Assembly: GCA_052246995.1 (NCBI GenBank)
Contig: JBQPWD010000001.1
Coordinates: 206,652 to 270,651, forward strand
DNA length: 64,000 nt
DNA from: Candidatus Bathyarchaeota archaeon
Lineage (GTDB): Archaea; Thermoproteota; Bathyarchaeia; Hecatellales; Hecatellaceae
Direction: 5' to 3'
The notes beneath the pieces were generated by a model. That model saw nothing but the letters and a program-made list of their open reading frames with translations. It made no database searches and was not told the DNA's origin. This document shows positions 39,965 to 49,251 of the stretch, piece after piece (positions within the stretch are counted from its first letter, which is position 1; each line of letters opens with the position of its first letter). The position numbers and the translations under genes were made by a program.

Positions 39965-40747
39965 TTAAATTCCTTTAACCGCTTCAGGATTTGCTCCTGC
40001 AAGCGTTCTTAACCAATGAATCCTGTGGACAAGACCCATTACTTCGCTGTCAGTCTTCATTGAAACACCGTCAGCACGGAATTGTACAGTCATTTCTCTC
40101 AGCATACTTTCTGGAAGCGGCTTACCAATGGGTATAGGTTTATCTAATGGATTTCCAACCTGTGACTTCACATAAACCACGTTACCTGTTGCTTCATCGT
40201 ATATGTAACGTCTTTGCATATCAAACATTAAGCCGTGTTCATCAAGTCTTAATGCATGTCCGTGAACAGTAGCTCCTCTCACACCGACTCTAGCAGGGTC
40301 GAAGAATTCGGTTTCAATAAGGTCTTTGCTAATTAGCTCAACGTCACGTTCCCTACCTTCTAATGGTGTTCGCCCTGATAAGGAACCTGGGTCTACTCCG
40401 CGGTAACGTGAATGATATATCCAACACCTTATAACTGGTGCTAAGGGGGCAAAGTATACAGAATCAGTAAACTGAATATATCTGATTCTATCCCCAGCTT
40501 TGGCACCTGGTGTTGGCTTAACAATCTTCCTTACTGGGCATGGGGGTTCACCCATTTCATCAAGCGGTGGATGAACAGTTTTATAGGCTTCACCTGGAGC
40601 ACGATGGTCTAACAGTCTAATAAGGTCTTCGTCGCTTATTGAACGAAGCTTTCTTAAGCTGTAGTTTGGATCTAGGTATTTACGTCTATTTTGTGCTGGC
40701 TTGCTTAAACCTGGATAATACTGGGGTTTGTATTCTGGTTTTGCCAT
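39965..40747 (-). CDS. mcrG: Methyl-coenzyme M reductase subunit gamma
   Basis: MAKPEYKPQYYPG...; full-length McrG-like, 260 aa, between mcrB and mcrA. Confidence 0.93.
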   Translation of the reverse strand: MAKPEYKPQYYPGLSKPAQNRRKYLDPNYSLRKLRSISDEDLIRLLDHRAPGEAYKTVHPPLDEMGEPPCPVRKIVKPTPGAKAGDRIRYIQFTDSVYFAPLAPVIRCWIYHSRYRGVDPGSLSGRTPLEGRERDVELISKDLIETEFFDPARVGVRGATVHGHALRLDEHGLMFDMQRRYIYDEATGNVVYVKSQVGNPLDKPIPIGKPLPESMLREMTVQFRADGVSMKTDSEVMGLVHRIHWLRTLAGANPEAVKGI

Positions 40748-42082
40748 TTAAACCACCCCCTTAATTTTACTTGCAGCTTCAGCAACATATTTTATTGGTT
40801 CCCTCAACTCAGGAATTTCGCTAAGAACTTCACCAACCACACCACTAGCTCTTACCGGGTCGTAGTACACGGTTCCGGCATCCAAAGCTACAGCTGCTGC
40901 AACACAAGGTATGCAAAAGCCTTTGCTGTGCCTAGTAACTATATGGTTTCCATGGAAAACTCCAGGATTGCCTCCACCATAGATTGAGTGGCTGAAGAAT
41001 GACATTTCAATACCTGTACCTTCTACCTTTCCAAAATCCACACCTGGAAGTCCAGTTTCATGTTCGATCAAATCGTTAAAGTATACAAGAACGGATGTAA
41101 CATGTTGCATAGCTCTTGCGGCACCACAAGTTACCATGGTGCCTGCTAGTAAACCTGAAGCCGCGTACGCATTCCACTTTGGAAGGTCATCGGTTGTGTA
41201 AAGAATGAAACCTGAAGGTAGCTTAGAGAGGGCTCTAATTACCCCATCCTCGTAAGCCTTTTTAGCCGTAGACCTTACCACATCACCTAGTGTTCCATTT
41301 TCACCATTTTCTTTGACAAGTGTGTATGTAAGGTTGTTTGCGTTTAAACCTTGATAGGCAAGACCTAATAGGTGAAGTCTCTCAAATGGTCCTATTGCGT
41401 CACCCATTTCGTACATGGCTGTTTGCTCAAGGATTGCGGCTAGTGCAGCTGCGTTCATAGCATTTTTTCTTGTTATTATGGCTATATGGTAGCAGGGGAT
41501 GTTTCGTAAGGCATACCCCATACCCTCATTTTGCTGGGGTACTGCCAAAAGTGATGCTATATAGCTACCCATCGGATCCATCGTCTGGGGATATCTTCCC
41601 CATACCGCTGCATGAATCATGTCGTAATTCCATATGTCCACATTAAAAGTTTCGATAAGGGTCCAGCATAAAGCAGAAGCAACACTGGTGAAACCAGTGG
41701 TATATTCCACACCAGCATCAATTCTGGCAGTAGGTGCCATTACAAGCAGATATTCACCATTTCTGAGAATTTTAACTTCAGTATCATCATCTGGCTTAAC
41801 ACGAAGATATTTTGTCAACTTGTCGGCAATAGCGTTTGCATTTTTAACAATATCAAGTTTTAATTCTCGTCCACGAATGATACAACCCTCACCACCAACA
41901 GCCCCTCGCGCTAAACCTCTTTCAAGACCTGCTAGGTTTACTGCAACTGCACGTTTAAGCGTAGAAACTATTTTTTTAATAGCGGGATTGAATATCGGAC
42001 TGACAGCCTCTACAGGAATGTTCTTATCAACAAGCTTTCCAGAATCGTCGTAGAGATCTATCTTATCTGGATACTTGGGCAT
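40748..42082 (-). CDS. mcrB: Methyl-coenzyme M reductase subunit beta
   Basis: DLYDDSGKLV..., AILEQTAMYEMGDAIGPFERLHLLGLAYQG, SIYGGGNPGVFHGNHIVTRHSKGFCIPCVAAA; 444 aa. Its stop abuts the mcrG start. Confidence 0.95.
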   Translation of the reverse strand: MPKYPDKIDLYDDSGKLVDKNIPVEAVSPIFNPAIKKIVSTLKRAVAVNLAGLERGLARGAVGGEGCIIRGRELKLDIVKNANAIADKLTKYLRVKPDDDTEVKILRNGEYLLVMAPTARIDAGVEYTTGFTSVASALCWTLIETFNVDIWNYDMIHAAVWGRYPQTMDPMGSYIASLLAVPQQNEGMGYALRNIPCYHIAIITRKNAMNAAALAAILEQTAMYEMGDAIGPFERLHLLGLAYQGLNANNLTYTLVKENGENGTLGDVVRSTAKKAYEDGVIRALSKLPSGFILYTTDDLPKWNAYAASGLLAGTMVTCGAARAMQHVTSVLVYFNDLIEHETGLPGVDFGKVEGTGIEMSFFSHSIYGGGNPGVFHGNHIVTRHSKGFCIPCVAAAVALDAGTVYYDPVRASGVVGEVLSEIPELREPIKYVAEAASKIKGVV

Positions 42083-42368
42083 GCTCCCACCCGTTTACAA
42101 GCTTAGTTTACGTCAAGTATTTTTTTATGGATTTTACTTTTATATTTTTCCATTTTTTGAGTAGCTTAACTTGGGTAGAACTTAATTTTTTCTATATTTT
42201 TAGAGGAGAATACTAAACCATGAAATCACGATTAAAAATCTGATTTTTAAAATAAAAACGGAAACGTAAACACCAAAACTTCTTTCCGGATCCTAAAAAT
42301 TAAAAAACATTTTAGCAATAAGTAGTACTCCCTAGCCAGTAAGGTCTCCATTTACAACTTACCTACGT
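42083..42368 (-). promoter_or_regulatory. mcrBGA upstream control region (AT-rich, several TATA-like elements, Shine-Dalgarno-like GGGTGGGAG before the ATG)
   Basis: A 286-bp AT-rich gap between the regulator gene and mcrB holds several A/T octamers on the minus strand. The exact TATA box and transcription start site cannot be fixed from sequence alone. Confidence 0.3.
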
Positions 42369-42866
42369 TTACCATGTCTCTTCTATTTTCATGATTAACC
42401 GTTCTAATGCTTTTTCTAATGCTTCTTTTTCAGGTTTTATGATTACCACTGGAATATCCACTATCTTACCAAGTAAAGGTGCTAGAATAGGAGCACATAT
42501 AATACCTGCAGCACCACTTTTTTCAGCTTTAACGGCGGAAGTAATACATTCATCTATAGAATCGCAGGGGTACTCTCTCACCTTATAAGTTTTTCCTTTA
42601 ATCTTCACCTCTTTAATGCCTAACTCATCAAGTAAAAACTTAGCTGCAATAATTGCAATAAAAGAGCGATCTTCAAACTCTAAAGCCTTTAATATTTTTC
42701 CAACAGTGGAAATTTGAGGGTCTCTTTTTCCAGATAAAACCTTGTAAAGGGTGGAAAGTGGTATTTTTGCTTTTTCTGACAACTCCCTAACACTCATCCC
42801 CCTACGTTCAAGCTCCTCTTTTACCGCTTTTTCCAAACCTAATTTAAATATTTTTTCGGCTAACAT
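42369..42866 (-). CDS. HTH (XRE-like) transcriptional regulator with C-terminal putative ligand-binding domain
   Basis: N-terminal HTH (MSVRELSEKAKIPLSTLYKVLSGKRDP), then a Gly-rich alpha/beta domain (AGIICAPILAPLLGKIVDIPVVII); 165 aa. It lies divergent to the ABC transporter and upstream of mcrB. Confidence 0.55.
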   Translation of the reverse strand: MLAEKIFKLGLEKAVKEELERRGMSVRELSEKAKIPLSTLYKVLSGKRDPQISTVGKILKALEFEDRSFIAIIAAKFLLDELGIKEVKIKGKTYKVREYPCDSIDECITSAVKAEKSGAAGIICAPILAPLLGKIVDIPVVIIKPEKEALEKALERLIMKIEETW

Positions 42867-42995
42867 TAATGGTACTATTGTGCAATTTATGTTATAAATA
42901 TTTTCCTTTAGAGGTAAACCAAGATAACTTAAAAGGAAAACTTTTATTCCAGGACCCTAAATATTCCTTAACCTGCACATTAAGGGGAAGCTGGC

Positions 42996-44039
42996 ATGAA
43001 AAGGTTACTAGGTTTGGTTGTTATCATAGTGATCGTAGTGGTTCTAGCTGCAGGAGTTTATACGTACATGTTTTCACCATCAAAGCCTGAACTTAGCGTT
43101 CTAAGAATAGGCTACCAACCAAGTTGGCATCATACCTCCGAATTTGTAATGGTGGAGAAGGGATGGTTTGAAAAGGTAACAGGGCTAAAACTTGAAGAAA
43201 AATGTTTTCCCACAGGTCCACCGGAAATGGAAGCCTTCATAGCTGGAGAGCTAGACATTGCTTATGTAGGTGCAACACCACCGCTTACCGCCTTGGCTAA
43301 AGGTTTGAAGGCAAAAATAGTCGCTATAGCTAATACTGAGGGTTCTGCTCTGGTTGTTAGACCGGACTTTAGCTATACAGGGCCTACATCACTTAAGGGT
43401 GCAAAGATAGGATGTTATCCTCCAGGTTCTATCCAAGACACCATACTTAAACACTGGTTGGAGAAGCATAATATAAACCCTGGTGATGTTAAAATAATCG
43501 CGATGGGCCCTACAGAACAGCTTGAAGCGTTGAGGGCCGGAGCTCTTGATGGAATTTTTGCTCCCGACCCCACACCCTACATGGCTGTTGTTGGAGGTTA
43601 TGGTAAGATAGTTGCATATTCTTCCGAGATGTGGCCTCACCATCCATGCTGTGTTCTTTTAATGTCTGAGAACCTAATTAACAATCATCGAGAAACAGCT
43701 GTAAAATTTCTGGCTATTCACATCATAACCCAAGAATACATTTCAAATCCGGAAAACAAGGCTGATGTAGTTAAAATTATCATAAAAAGGCTTGACATAC
43801 CTAAAGAGGTGGCTGAAATGTTTCCTGGTGCTACAAAGTTTGAGGTAGATCCATTCAATCCACAGTGGTTGGAGGGTATTGATGCTATGTGCAAAGTTCA
43901 GTATGACTTGGAATACACAAAAACCGCTGAAGGAAAACTTGTACTGCTGAAGTCCTCCGATATAGTCTACACAGAACTTTATACTGAAGCTTTAAAACTG
44001 GTTCCGGAGCTAAAGAAAGAGTTGGGGTTGAGTACTTAA
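42996..44039 (+). CDS. ABC transporter substrate-binding protein, NMT1/SsuA/TauA/NrtA family (sulfonate/taurine/nitrate/HMP type), membrane-anchored
   Basis: N-terminal transmembrane anchor, then the type-II SBP family core starting RIGYQPSWHH...GELDIAYVGATPP. Confidence 0.75.
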   Translation: MKRLLGLVVIIVIVVVLAAGVYTYMFSPSKPELSVLRIGYQPSWHHTSEFVMVEKGWFEKVTGLKLEEKCFPTGPPEMEAFIAGELDIAYVGATPPLTALAKGLKAKIVAIANTEGSALVVRPDFSYTGPTSLKGAKIGCYPPGSIQDTILKHWLEKHNINPGDVKIIAMGPTEQLEALRAGALDGIFAPDPTPYMAVVGGYGKIVAYSSEMWPHHPCCVLLMSENLINNHRETAVKFLAIHIITQEYISNPENKADVVKIIIKRLDIPKEVAEMFPGATKFEVDPFNPQWLEGIDAMCKVQYDLEYTKTAEGKLVLLKSSDIVYTELYTEALKLVPELKKELGLST

Positions 44040-44041
44040 CC

Positions 44042-44821
44042 ATGAAGAGGGACACTGTGTATACAATACTTTCCATACCTATTTTTTTACTTGCTTGGGA
44101 ACTTTTTTATCATATATTTATACGTAGCCCCCTTTTACTAGCCCCTCCCTCCAAAGTTTTACCCACCTTGCTTGACCTTCTTGCAGGTCATAATCTTCGC
44201 TTTTATATGCCACTGGACTTGGCTTACAGCCTCTTTCATTATGCTTACGGTTTTGGCATAGCCTTTCTTGCAGGCTTTAGTTTGGGTATAATTATAGGTT
44301 GGTTTAGGTCTGTTGATAGATTTCTTTACCCAGTTATTGAACTAATTAGACCTATTCCTCCTATAGCTTGGATACCCATAACCATTTTACTTTTAAAGCT
44401 AACACACACTGCGGCAGCATACATAATCTTCATAGGCTCATTTTTCCCTGTTTTGCTCAACACCCAGCATGGTGTTAGGTCTGTGGAGAGAGGTTATATT
44501 GAAGCCGCCATGACGCTTGGCGCTACGGATACCCTCACTCTTATGCGTAAGGTTATCATTCCTTCGGCAATGGGGTCCATACTTACTGGTGTAAGAGTAG
44601 GGTCAGGAGTGGCATGGATGTGTGTTGTAGCGGCTGAACTTTTTGGAGTTGCTCCTTATGGACTTGGCTATCAAATAGAAATGGCAAGACTTTACCATAC
44701 ACCTGAAGTAGTTATTGCTTATATGTTAATTATTGGAATACTTGGGTTATTATTAGACCGTGGATATAAACTTGTTGAGAAAAGAATGTTAGTCTGGAGG
44801 TCGGGATTTGTCGCTGTTTAA
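44042..44821 (+). CDS. ABC transporter permease (SsuC/TauC-type binding-protein-dependent family)
   Basis: Six predicted transmembrane segments with a conserved permease loop region ([28 protein letters not shown]). Confidence 0.82.
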   Translation: MKRDTVYTILSIPIFLLAWELFYHIFIRSPLLLAPPSKVLPTLLDLLAGHNLRFYMPLDLAYSLFHYAYGFGIAFLAGFSLGIIIGWFRSVDRFLYPVIELIRPIPPIAWIPITILLLKLTHTAAAYIIFIGSFFPVLLNTQHGVRSVERGYIEAAMTLGATDTLTLMRKVIIPSAMGSILTGVRVGSGVAWMCVVAAELFGVAPYGLGYQIEMARLYHTPEVVIAYMLIIGILGLLLDRGYKLVEKRMLVWRSGFVAV

Positions 44822-45575
44822 CAGACCGTTGCTAGAAATAAGAAACTTAAGAAAAGAGTTTGATGGAAAACCCCCGGTAGAGGTCATAAACAGAATAAAC
44901 TTAACTATTTATGAAGGAGAAATCCTATGCATTCTAGGTCCAAGTGGATGTGGTAAAACTACGTTACTACGCATTATCGCAGGACTGGAAAAACCCACTT
45001 CTGGTGAGGTTTTACTTGATGGGGAAGTTGTAACAAAACCAGGTTCAGACAGGGTTATGGTGTTTCAAGAGTATGCTCTTTTTCCTTGGAGAACTGCTTT
45101 AGGAAATGTGTGCTTTAGTTTAGAACTAAAAAAGCTTCCTAAAGAAGAAGTGCTGGAAAAGGGACGAAAATATTTAAAGCTTGTTGGATTAGACGGTTTT
45201 GAAAACAGGTACCCTCATCAACTTTCAGGTGGGATGAGGCAAAGAGTTGCTATTGCAAGAGCTTTAGCCTGTGAACCTAAAATATTGCTTATGGATGAGC
45301 CCTTTGGATCTCTTGACGCCCAAACTAGAAACTTAATGCAAGATGAACTTTTAAGAATCTGGGAAAAAACGGGTAAAACAATTATTTTTGTAACGCATAA
45401 TGTTGAAGAGGCTGTTTATCTAGGGGATAGAATAACCATTCTAACTTCAAGACCAGCCAAAATCAAGAGTATGATTGAAGTACCCTTTAAAAAGCCTAGG
45501 GATAGGCTCAACTTCGAATTTGTAAAGCTGAGAGGGGAAATCTTAAAACTTTTAAGAGAAGAAATAATATTGTAA
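44808..45575 (+). CDS. ABC transporter ATP-binding protein (SsuB/TauB/NrtD-type)
   Basis: Walker [10 protein letters not shown], signature LSGGMRQR, Walker [13 protein letters not shown]-loop THN; overlaps the permease gene. Confidence 0.88.
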   Translation: MSLFNRPLLEIRNLRKEFDGKPPVEVINRINLTIYEGEILCILGPSGCGKTTLLRIIAGLEKPTSGEVLLDGEVVTKPGSDRVMVFQEYALFPWRTALGNVCFSLELKKLPKEEVLEKGRKYLKLVGLDGFENRYPHQLSGGMRQRVAIARALACEPKILLMDEPFGSLDAQTRNLMQDELLRIWEKTGKTIIFVTHNVEEAVYLGDRITILTSRPAKIKSMIEVPFKKPRDRLNFEFVKLRGEILKLLREEIIL

Positions 45576-46030
45576 AGTCTTCAACATCAACCAAACAGGT
45601 TTTTAACAGTTTTCTTGTTTCTATCTCCTACAAACCGTTGTTGAATGGTTGACCTTTTATTGTTATCATCCTGTTTTTTCCTTAAAAGTTTTACATTCTC
45701 AAGCTGTTAGCCACGGTTATTTTAAGACCTTAGTTCTTTAAGTCTGGAGATATAACAAAAACCTATAAAAGACTACTTAAAAAGAGTTGGTTGCAAAATA
45801 AAAATCCCGTAAAAATGGAATTGAAGGTTTAAAACTCGAAAACTTAGTGGAAATCTGGAAAATTGGAAATTTGGGAATAAATGACTATCACTTCTGAAGA
45901 AAAGCCTAAAACACCACAATTTTAACACTCTAGGACTTAACAGAACCTCCCTGAAACTGTTATCCCCAACAAAACTTAAGCAAAAGGTAACTAAACCACA
46001 AAGCTTAAAAAGTTTTCAACTTTTGTAAAG

Positions 46031-46906
46031 TTGATTTATATGAAAAAAGAAACTTGGGATAAAGTTGGAAGTAAATTTGCACATTTAACCTCAATCCATC
46101 CATGCTACAGTCATGAAGCACACTTTAAATATGCAAGAATCCATTTGCCAGTAGCCCCAAAATGTAATATTCAGTGTGGTTACTGTGTAAGGAAAATAGA
46201 TAAGTGCGAGTATCGTCCTGGAGTTTCGGGATGTATAGTTAACGCGGAAGAAGCTTTAAAACGTGTTGAAGAAGCCAGAAAAAACTATCCATTAAAGGTT
46301 GTTGGGATTGCAGGTCCAGGCGAAGTTCTTGCAAATGAAGAATCTTTTAAAACTTTGAATCTTGTTCGTCAAAAATACCCTGAACTTACACTTTGTATTG
46401 CAACCAATGGACTTCTTCTTACAGATTACATGGAAGAGTTAAGGAGGTTGAAGGTTAAAGCTGTAACAGTAACAGTAAATGCAATAAATCCTGAAGTTGG
46501 AGCAAAAATATATGAGTGGATTGAGTATAACGGTAAAAGGTTAAGTGGTGTTGAAGGTGCGGATTTTCTAATCAAAAAGCAGCTTGAGGGTGTTAAGGTT
46601 TCAGCCGATGCAGGTATTGCTGTCAAAATAAATACTGTTCTCATACCTGGTATAAATGAGGATGAGGTAGAAAAAATCGCATTTGAAGCAAAAAAAAGAG
46701 GGGCTTTTATAATGAATATCATGCCACTTATACCACTTTACAGGTTTAAGGATTGGAGAAGACCATCTTGTGATGAACTTAACAACGCTAGGCAAAAAGC
46801 TTCAAAACATATCAGAATTTTTACACTTTGTAGGCAGTGTAGAGCAGATGCTGTTGGAATACCTGGAAAGGAAAAATTAGTAGATACTACATACTTCCAC
46901 GGTTAG
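46031..46906 (+). CDS. NifB-like radical SAM protein (radical SAM domain only, no NifX domain)
   Basis: HPCYSHEAHFKYARIHLPVAPKCNIQCGYCVRK closely matches the NifB N-terminal signature with its CX3CX2C; additional conserved Cys residues; 291 aa. Confidence 0.75.
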   Translation: MIYMKKETWDKVGSKFAHLTSIHPCYSHEAHFKYARIHLPVAPKCNIQCGYCVRKIDKCEYRPGVSGCIVNAEEALKRVEEARKNYPLKVVGIAGPGEVLANEESFKTLNLVRQKYPELTLCIATNGLLLTDYMEELRRLKVKAVTVTVNAINPEVGAKIYEWIEYNGKRLSGVEGADFLIKKQLEGVKVSADAGIAVKINTVLIPGINEDEVEKIAFEAKKRGAFIMNIMPLIPLYRFKDWRRPSCDELNNARQKASKHIRIFTLCRQCRADAVGIPGKEKLVDTTYFHG

Positions 46907-47017
46907 GACTTACATAGCTAAAGTCTGAAAGCTTTTGTTTTTGCAAATTTTTTTGTGAATATCGAGCTATTAAAATTTGTGGGCAGACCTAAAATTTTTC
47001 TAAAGTATTCAAATATT

Positions 47018-47560
47018 TTAATAGGAAATTTTCTGAACATCTACAGACTCTATGGTTACATCTATAAGGTAGTTAAATCCTATTTTGGTAGTCCATCCAG
47101 CTTTATCAAGAACACCCATAAATGAAAAACCAACAATTGATGTATCTTTTTCAGCTATTTCTGAGATTAGCCTTTTTACGTCTTCAACACTAACAGGAGA
47201 ACCTGGCATTGCAAGACCGCCAAGAACAACTATAACTTTAACCCTTCCTATGCTTACTTTCTCAGAAATTTGAAAACCATACCCATCAACAAACTTTAAC
47301 TTTACCGCTGTCTCCTTCAAACAATTGGGTATAAAGTATAATTCTAAGTTTAAATCTCTCACAGCATATGCTAAAAGTTCAGCAAACGGAAGACATGTAC
47401 CTGGTGAACCAGTAAAAGCAATCTTACTTCCAGAGGAAATGTTCAACTCTTCAGTTAAAATTTTCTTAAAACTTCTATTTAACCCAACAACACCCTTACC
47501 CTGAAATATTGAAAGTCTTTTAAAAGAGCTTGTGCTATGCTGTTGACTCATATGCCTCAT
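47018..47560 (-). CDS. Conserved hypothetical protein (180 aa)
   Basis: ORF with good coding character in the methanogenesis-gene neighbourhood. It is possibly a methanogen-specific DUF, but no identifiable catalytic motif. Confidence 0.4.
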   Translation of the reverse strand: MRHMSQQHSTSSFKRLSIFQGKGVVGLNRSFKKILTEELNISSGSKIAFTGSPGTCLPFAELLAYAVRDLNLELYFIPNCLKETAVKLKFVDGYGFQISEKVSIGRVKVIVVLGGLAMPGSPVSVEDVKRLISEIAEKDTSIVGFSFMGVLDKAGWTTKIGFNYLIDVTIESVDVQKISY

Positions 47561-47940
47561 AGTAATGCTTACAAAACCATGCTTAAAAAATTTTAGTAAA
47601 AACTAGGTTACAAGATTACAAGCATACAAATTTCCTAATTTCTTAACCATCCTAGCCAAAGTGCACCTAACTTATCGCTTTAAAATATCTCCTAGTAGCC
47701 GAAACAGAATATAACAAGGTAGATGAATTAACTTGGTTTTTTGCTTTCTGGACGATTTTTACAACTACAATCCCATTTTACTGAATTTTTCTGCAACGAA
47801 CGAAACAAATGTTTTTCAAAATCAAAGATGAGGTTTCAATGTAGACTGTGCTTTTACCCTCTCAGCCATGTTATCCAAGAAACCCTTCCAACGTTCAACT
47901 TTTGAAAGATTATCAGAGTTAAGCTTGGAAAACTTGTGGA

Positions 47941-47968
47941 AAAAGATAAAATACAAAAGATAAAATAC
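47941..47968 (+). repeat. Perfect tandem duplication of 14 nt (aaaagataaaatac x2) 41 bp upstream of the 48009 start; BRE/TATA-like
   Basis: The repeat units were read directly from the sequence. Each unit combines a purine-rich stretch with an A/T octamer like an archaeal BRE-TATA. Confidence 0.5.
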
Positions 47969-48008
47969 TGTAAAAGGACAACTATTAGCAAGTTTAGGGT
48001 GTGAACTG

Positions 48009-49091
48009 ATGCGTGTTGCTGTAGTATTTCACATGCCAGAAATATTTGATACTGGTTGGGCTGATAAAATCCTTAAGGCTTTAAAGGATAAAAATTTTGA
48101 AGTTTTAGCCCTAACTTACGGTACTATGGGTAGAACTGCTTTAATTGATAACTTTATGGAGGATAAGGTTAAGTACGAGGAAAGAAAGCCAGTTGAATTT
48201 TTACCTGAAGTTTCAAGTAAGGTTGACGTAGTAATTATTGCTACTCATACATTCTCACTTAAAAAAAGTCATGCAAATTGTTGGCATTTAATTAAAAACT
48301 CAAATCTGGAAAACGTTGTTGAAGTGGAAACAAATAGTGGTGTCGTGGCAAGCTGGAGTTCTAAGCTTGATAAGTTAGCTAAGATACTTTCAGAAAGCTT
48401 AGGCTTAAAGCTTGTTGAACCCCCAAAATTTCCCTCTCAAACAATTTGGAGCAAAAACGGAAAAAAATTTCGCCGTGTTTTAGGGGTTGACGTTGGAGAT
48501 TATGTGATGGTTAACAAGATTGTAGTTGGTGAAGCAGTATCAGAAGATGTTGTAATTGTTGAGGAAAATGGTTTTATTACGGATGTTTTAGGTGTGAAAC
48601 TTAAAAAAAATAGCCTTAGTAAGCTGAATAAGCTTGGAAAGATGGACGTTGAGAAGGTAAGTGTTGATACTAGAAGAAATCTAAGATTTACCTATAAAAC
48701 TCCCCGACTTATTAATACGCGGGAAAAAAGAAAAGGAGTTTTCTTTTTAAACCATAATGCTTACAAAATTTACAATTTTGTACACGGAGTGGAAGGCGTG
48801 GTTGTTGTTGGTGATGACACAACAATGATTGCCATGGACATCCTATACAGATTTCAAATACCTGCTTTAGGGATTGTTGACGCAGACCCTGATAAACTTT
48901 TAGAGAACATTTTAATACCAAAAAATTCTGCAATAATTACAGTTAAAGATGATGACACCGCTGGTGAAAAAATTTTTGAAGAGATATTTGGTGGAAAAGA
49001 TACAATCTTAAAAAGCTTTAACCACGTAAAAGACGAAATCATTAAAAAACTGTCTAGCCTTAACCTACTTTTAAGCGTTAAAGAATTTTAG
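48009..49091 (+). CDS. Conserved hypothetical protein (360 aa)
   Basis: ORF with coding character lying between the NifB-like and PurM-like genes; no assignable motif. Confidence 0.4.
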   Translation: MRVAVVFHMPEIFDTGWADKILKALKDKNFEVLALTYGTMGRTALIDNFMEDKVKYEERKPVEFLPEVSSKVDVVIIATHTFSLKKSHANCWHLIKNSNLENVVEVETNSGVVASWSSKLDKLAKILSESLGLKLVEPPKFPSQTIWSKNGKKFRRVLGVDVGDYVMVNKIVVGEAVSEDVVIVEENGFITDVLGVKLKKNSLSKLNKLGKMDVEKVSVDTRRNLRFTYKTPRLINTREKRKGVFFLNHNAYKIYNFVHGVEGVVVVGDDTTMIAMDILYRFQIPALGIVDADPDKLLENILIPKNSAIITVKDDDTAGEKIFEEIFGGKDTILKSFNHVKDEIIKKLSSLNLLLSVKEF

Positions 49092-49251
49092 GTTTATTAA
49101 ATTAAATTCTCCTCTTATTGGCTTATTCTAGGTACCATTTTTTGTTTCTACTTCTTTTTACTCACTATACTGCACAAAAAAATTGTTTAAACGTTTTTAA
49201 GATACCTTTTACCACAAAATTCTACAAAATCGCTTTGAACTTGAAACAGGT

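Noticed and set aside
41634-42053. 139-aa ORF antisense to mcrB, plus similar ORFs antisense to mcrA (38970-39299), to the NADH oxidase gene (36366-36632, 36876-37244) and to mtrA (62361-62924).
   Set aside because: They are embedded in well-supported conserved genes and have Ser/Leu/Thr-rich composition typical of the antisense frame of AT-rich genes.
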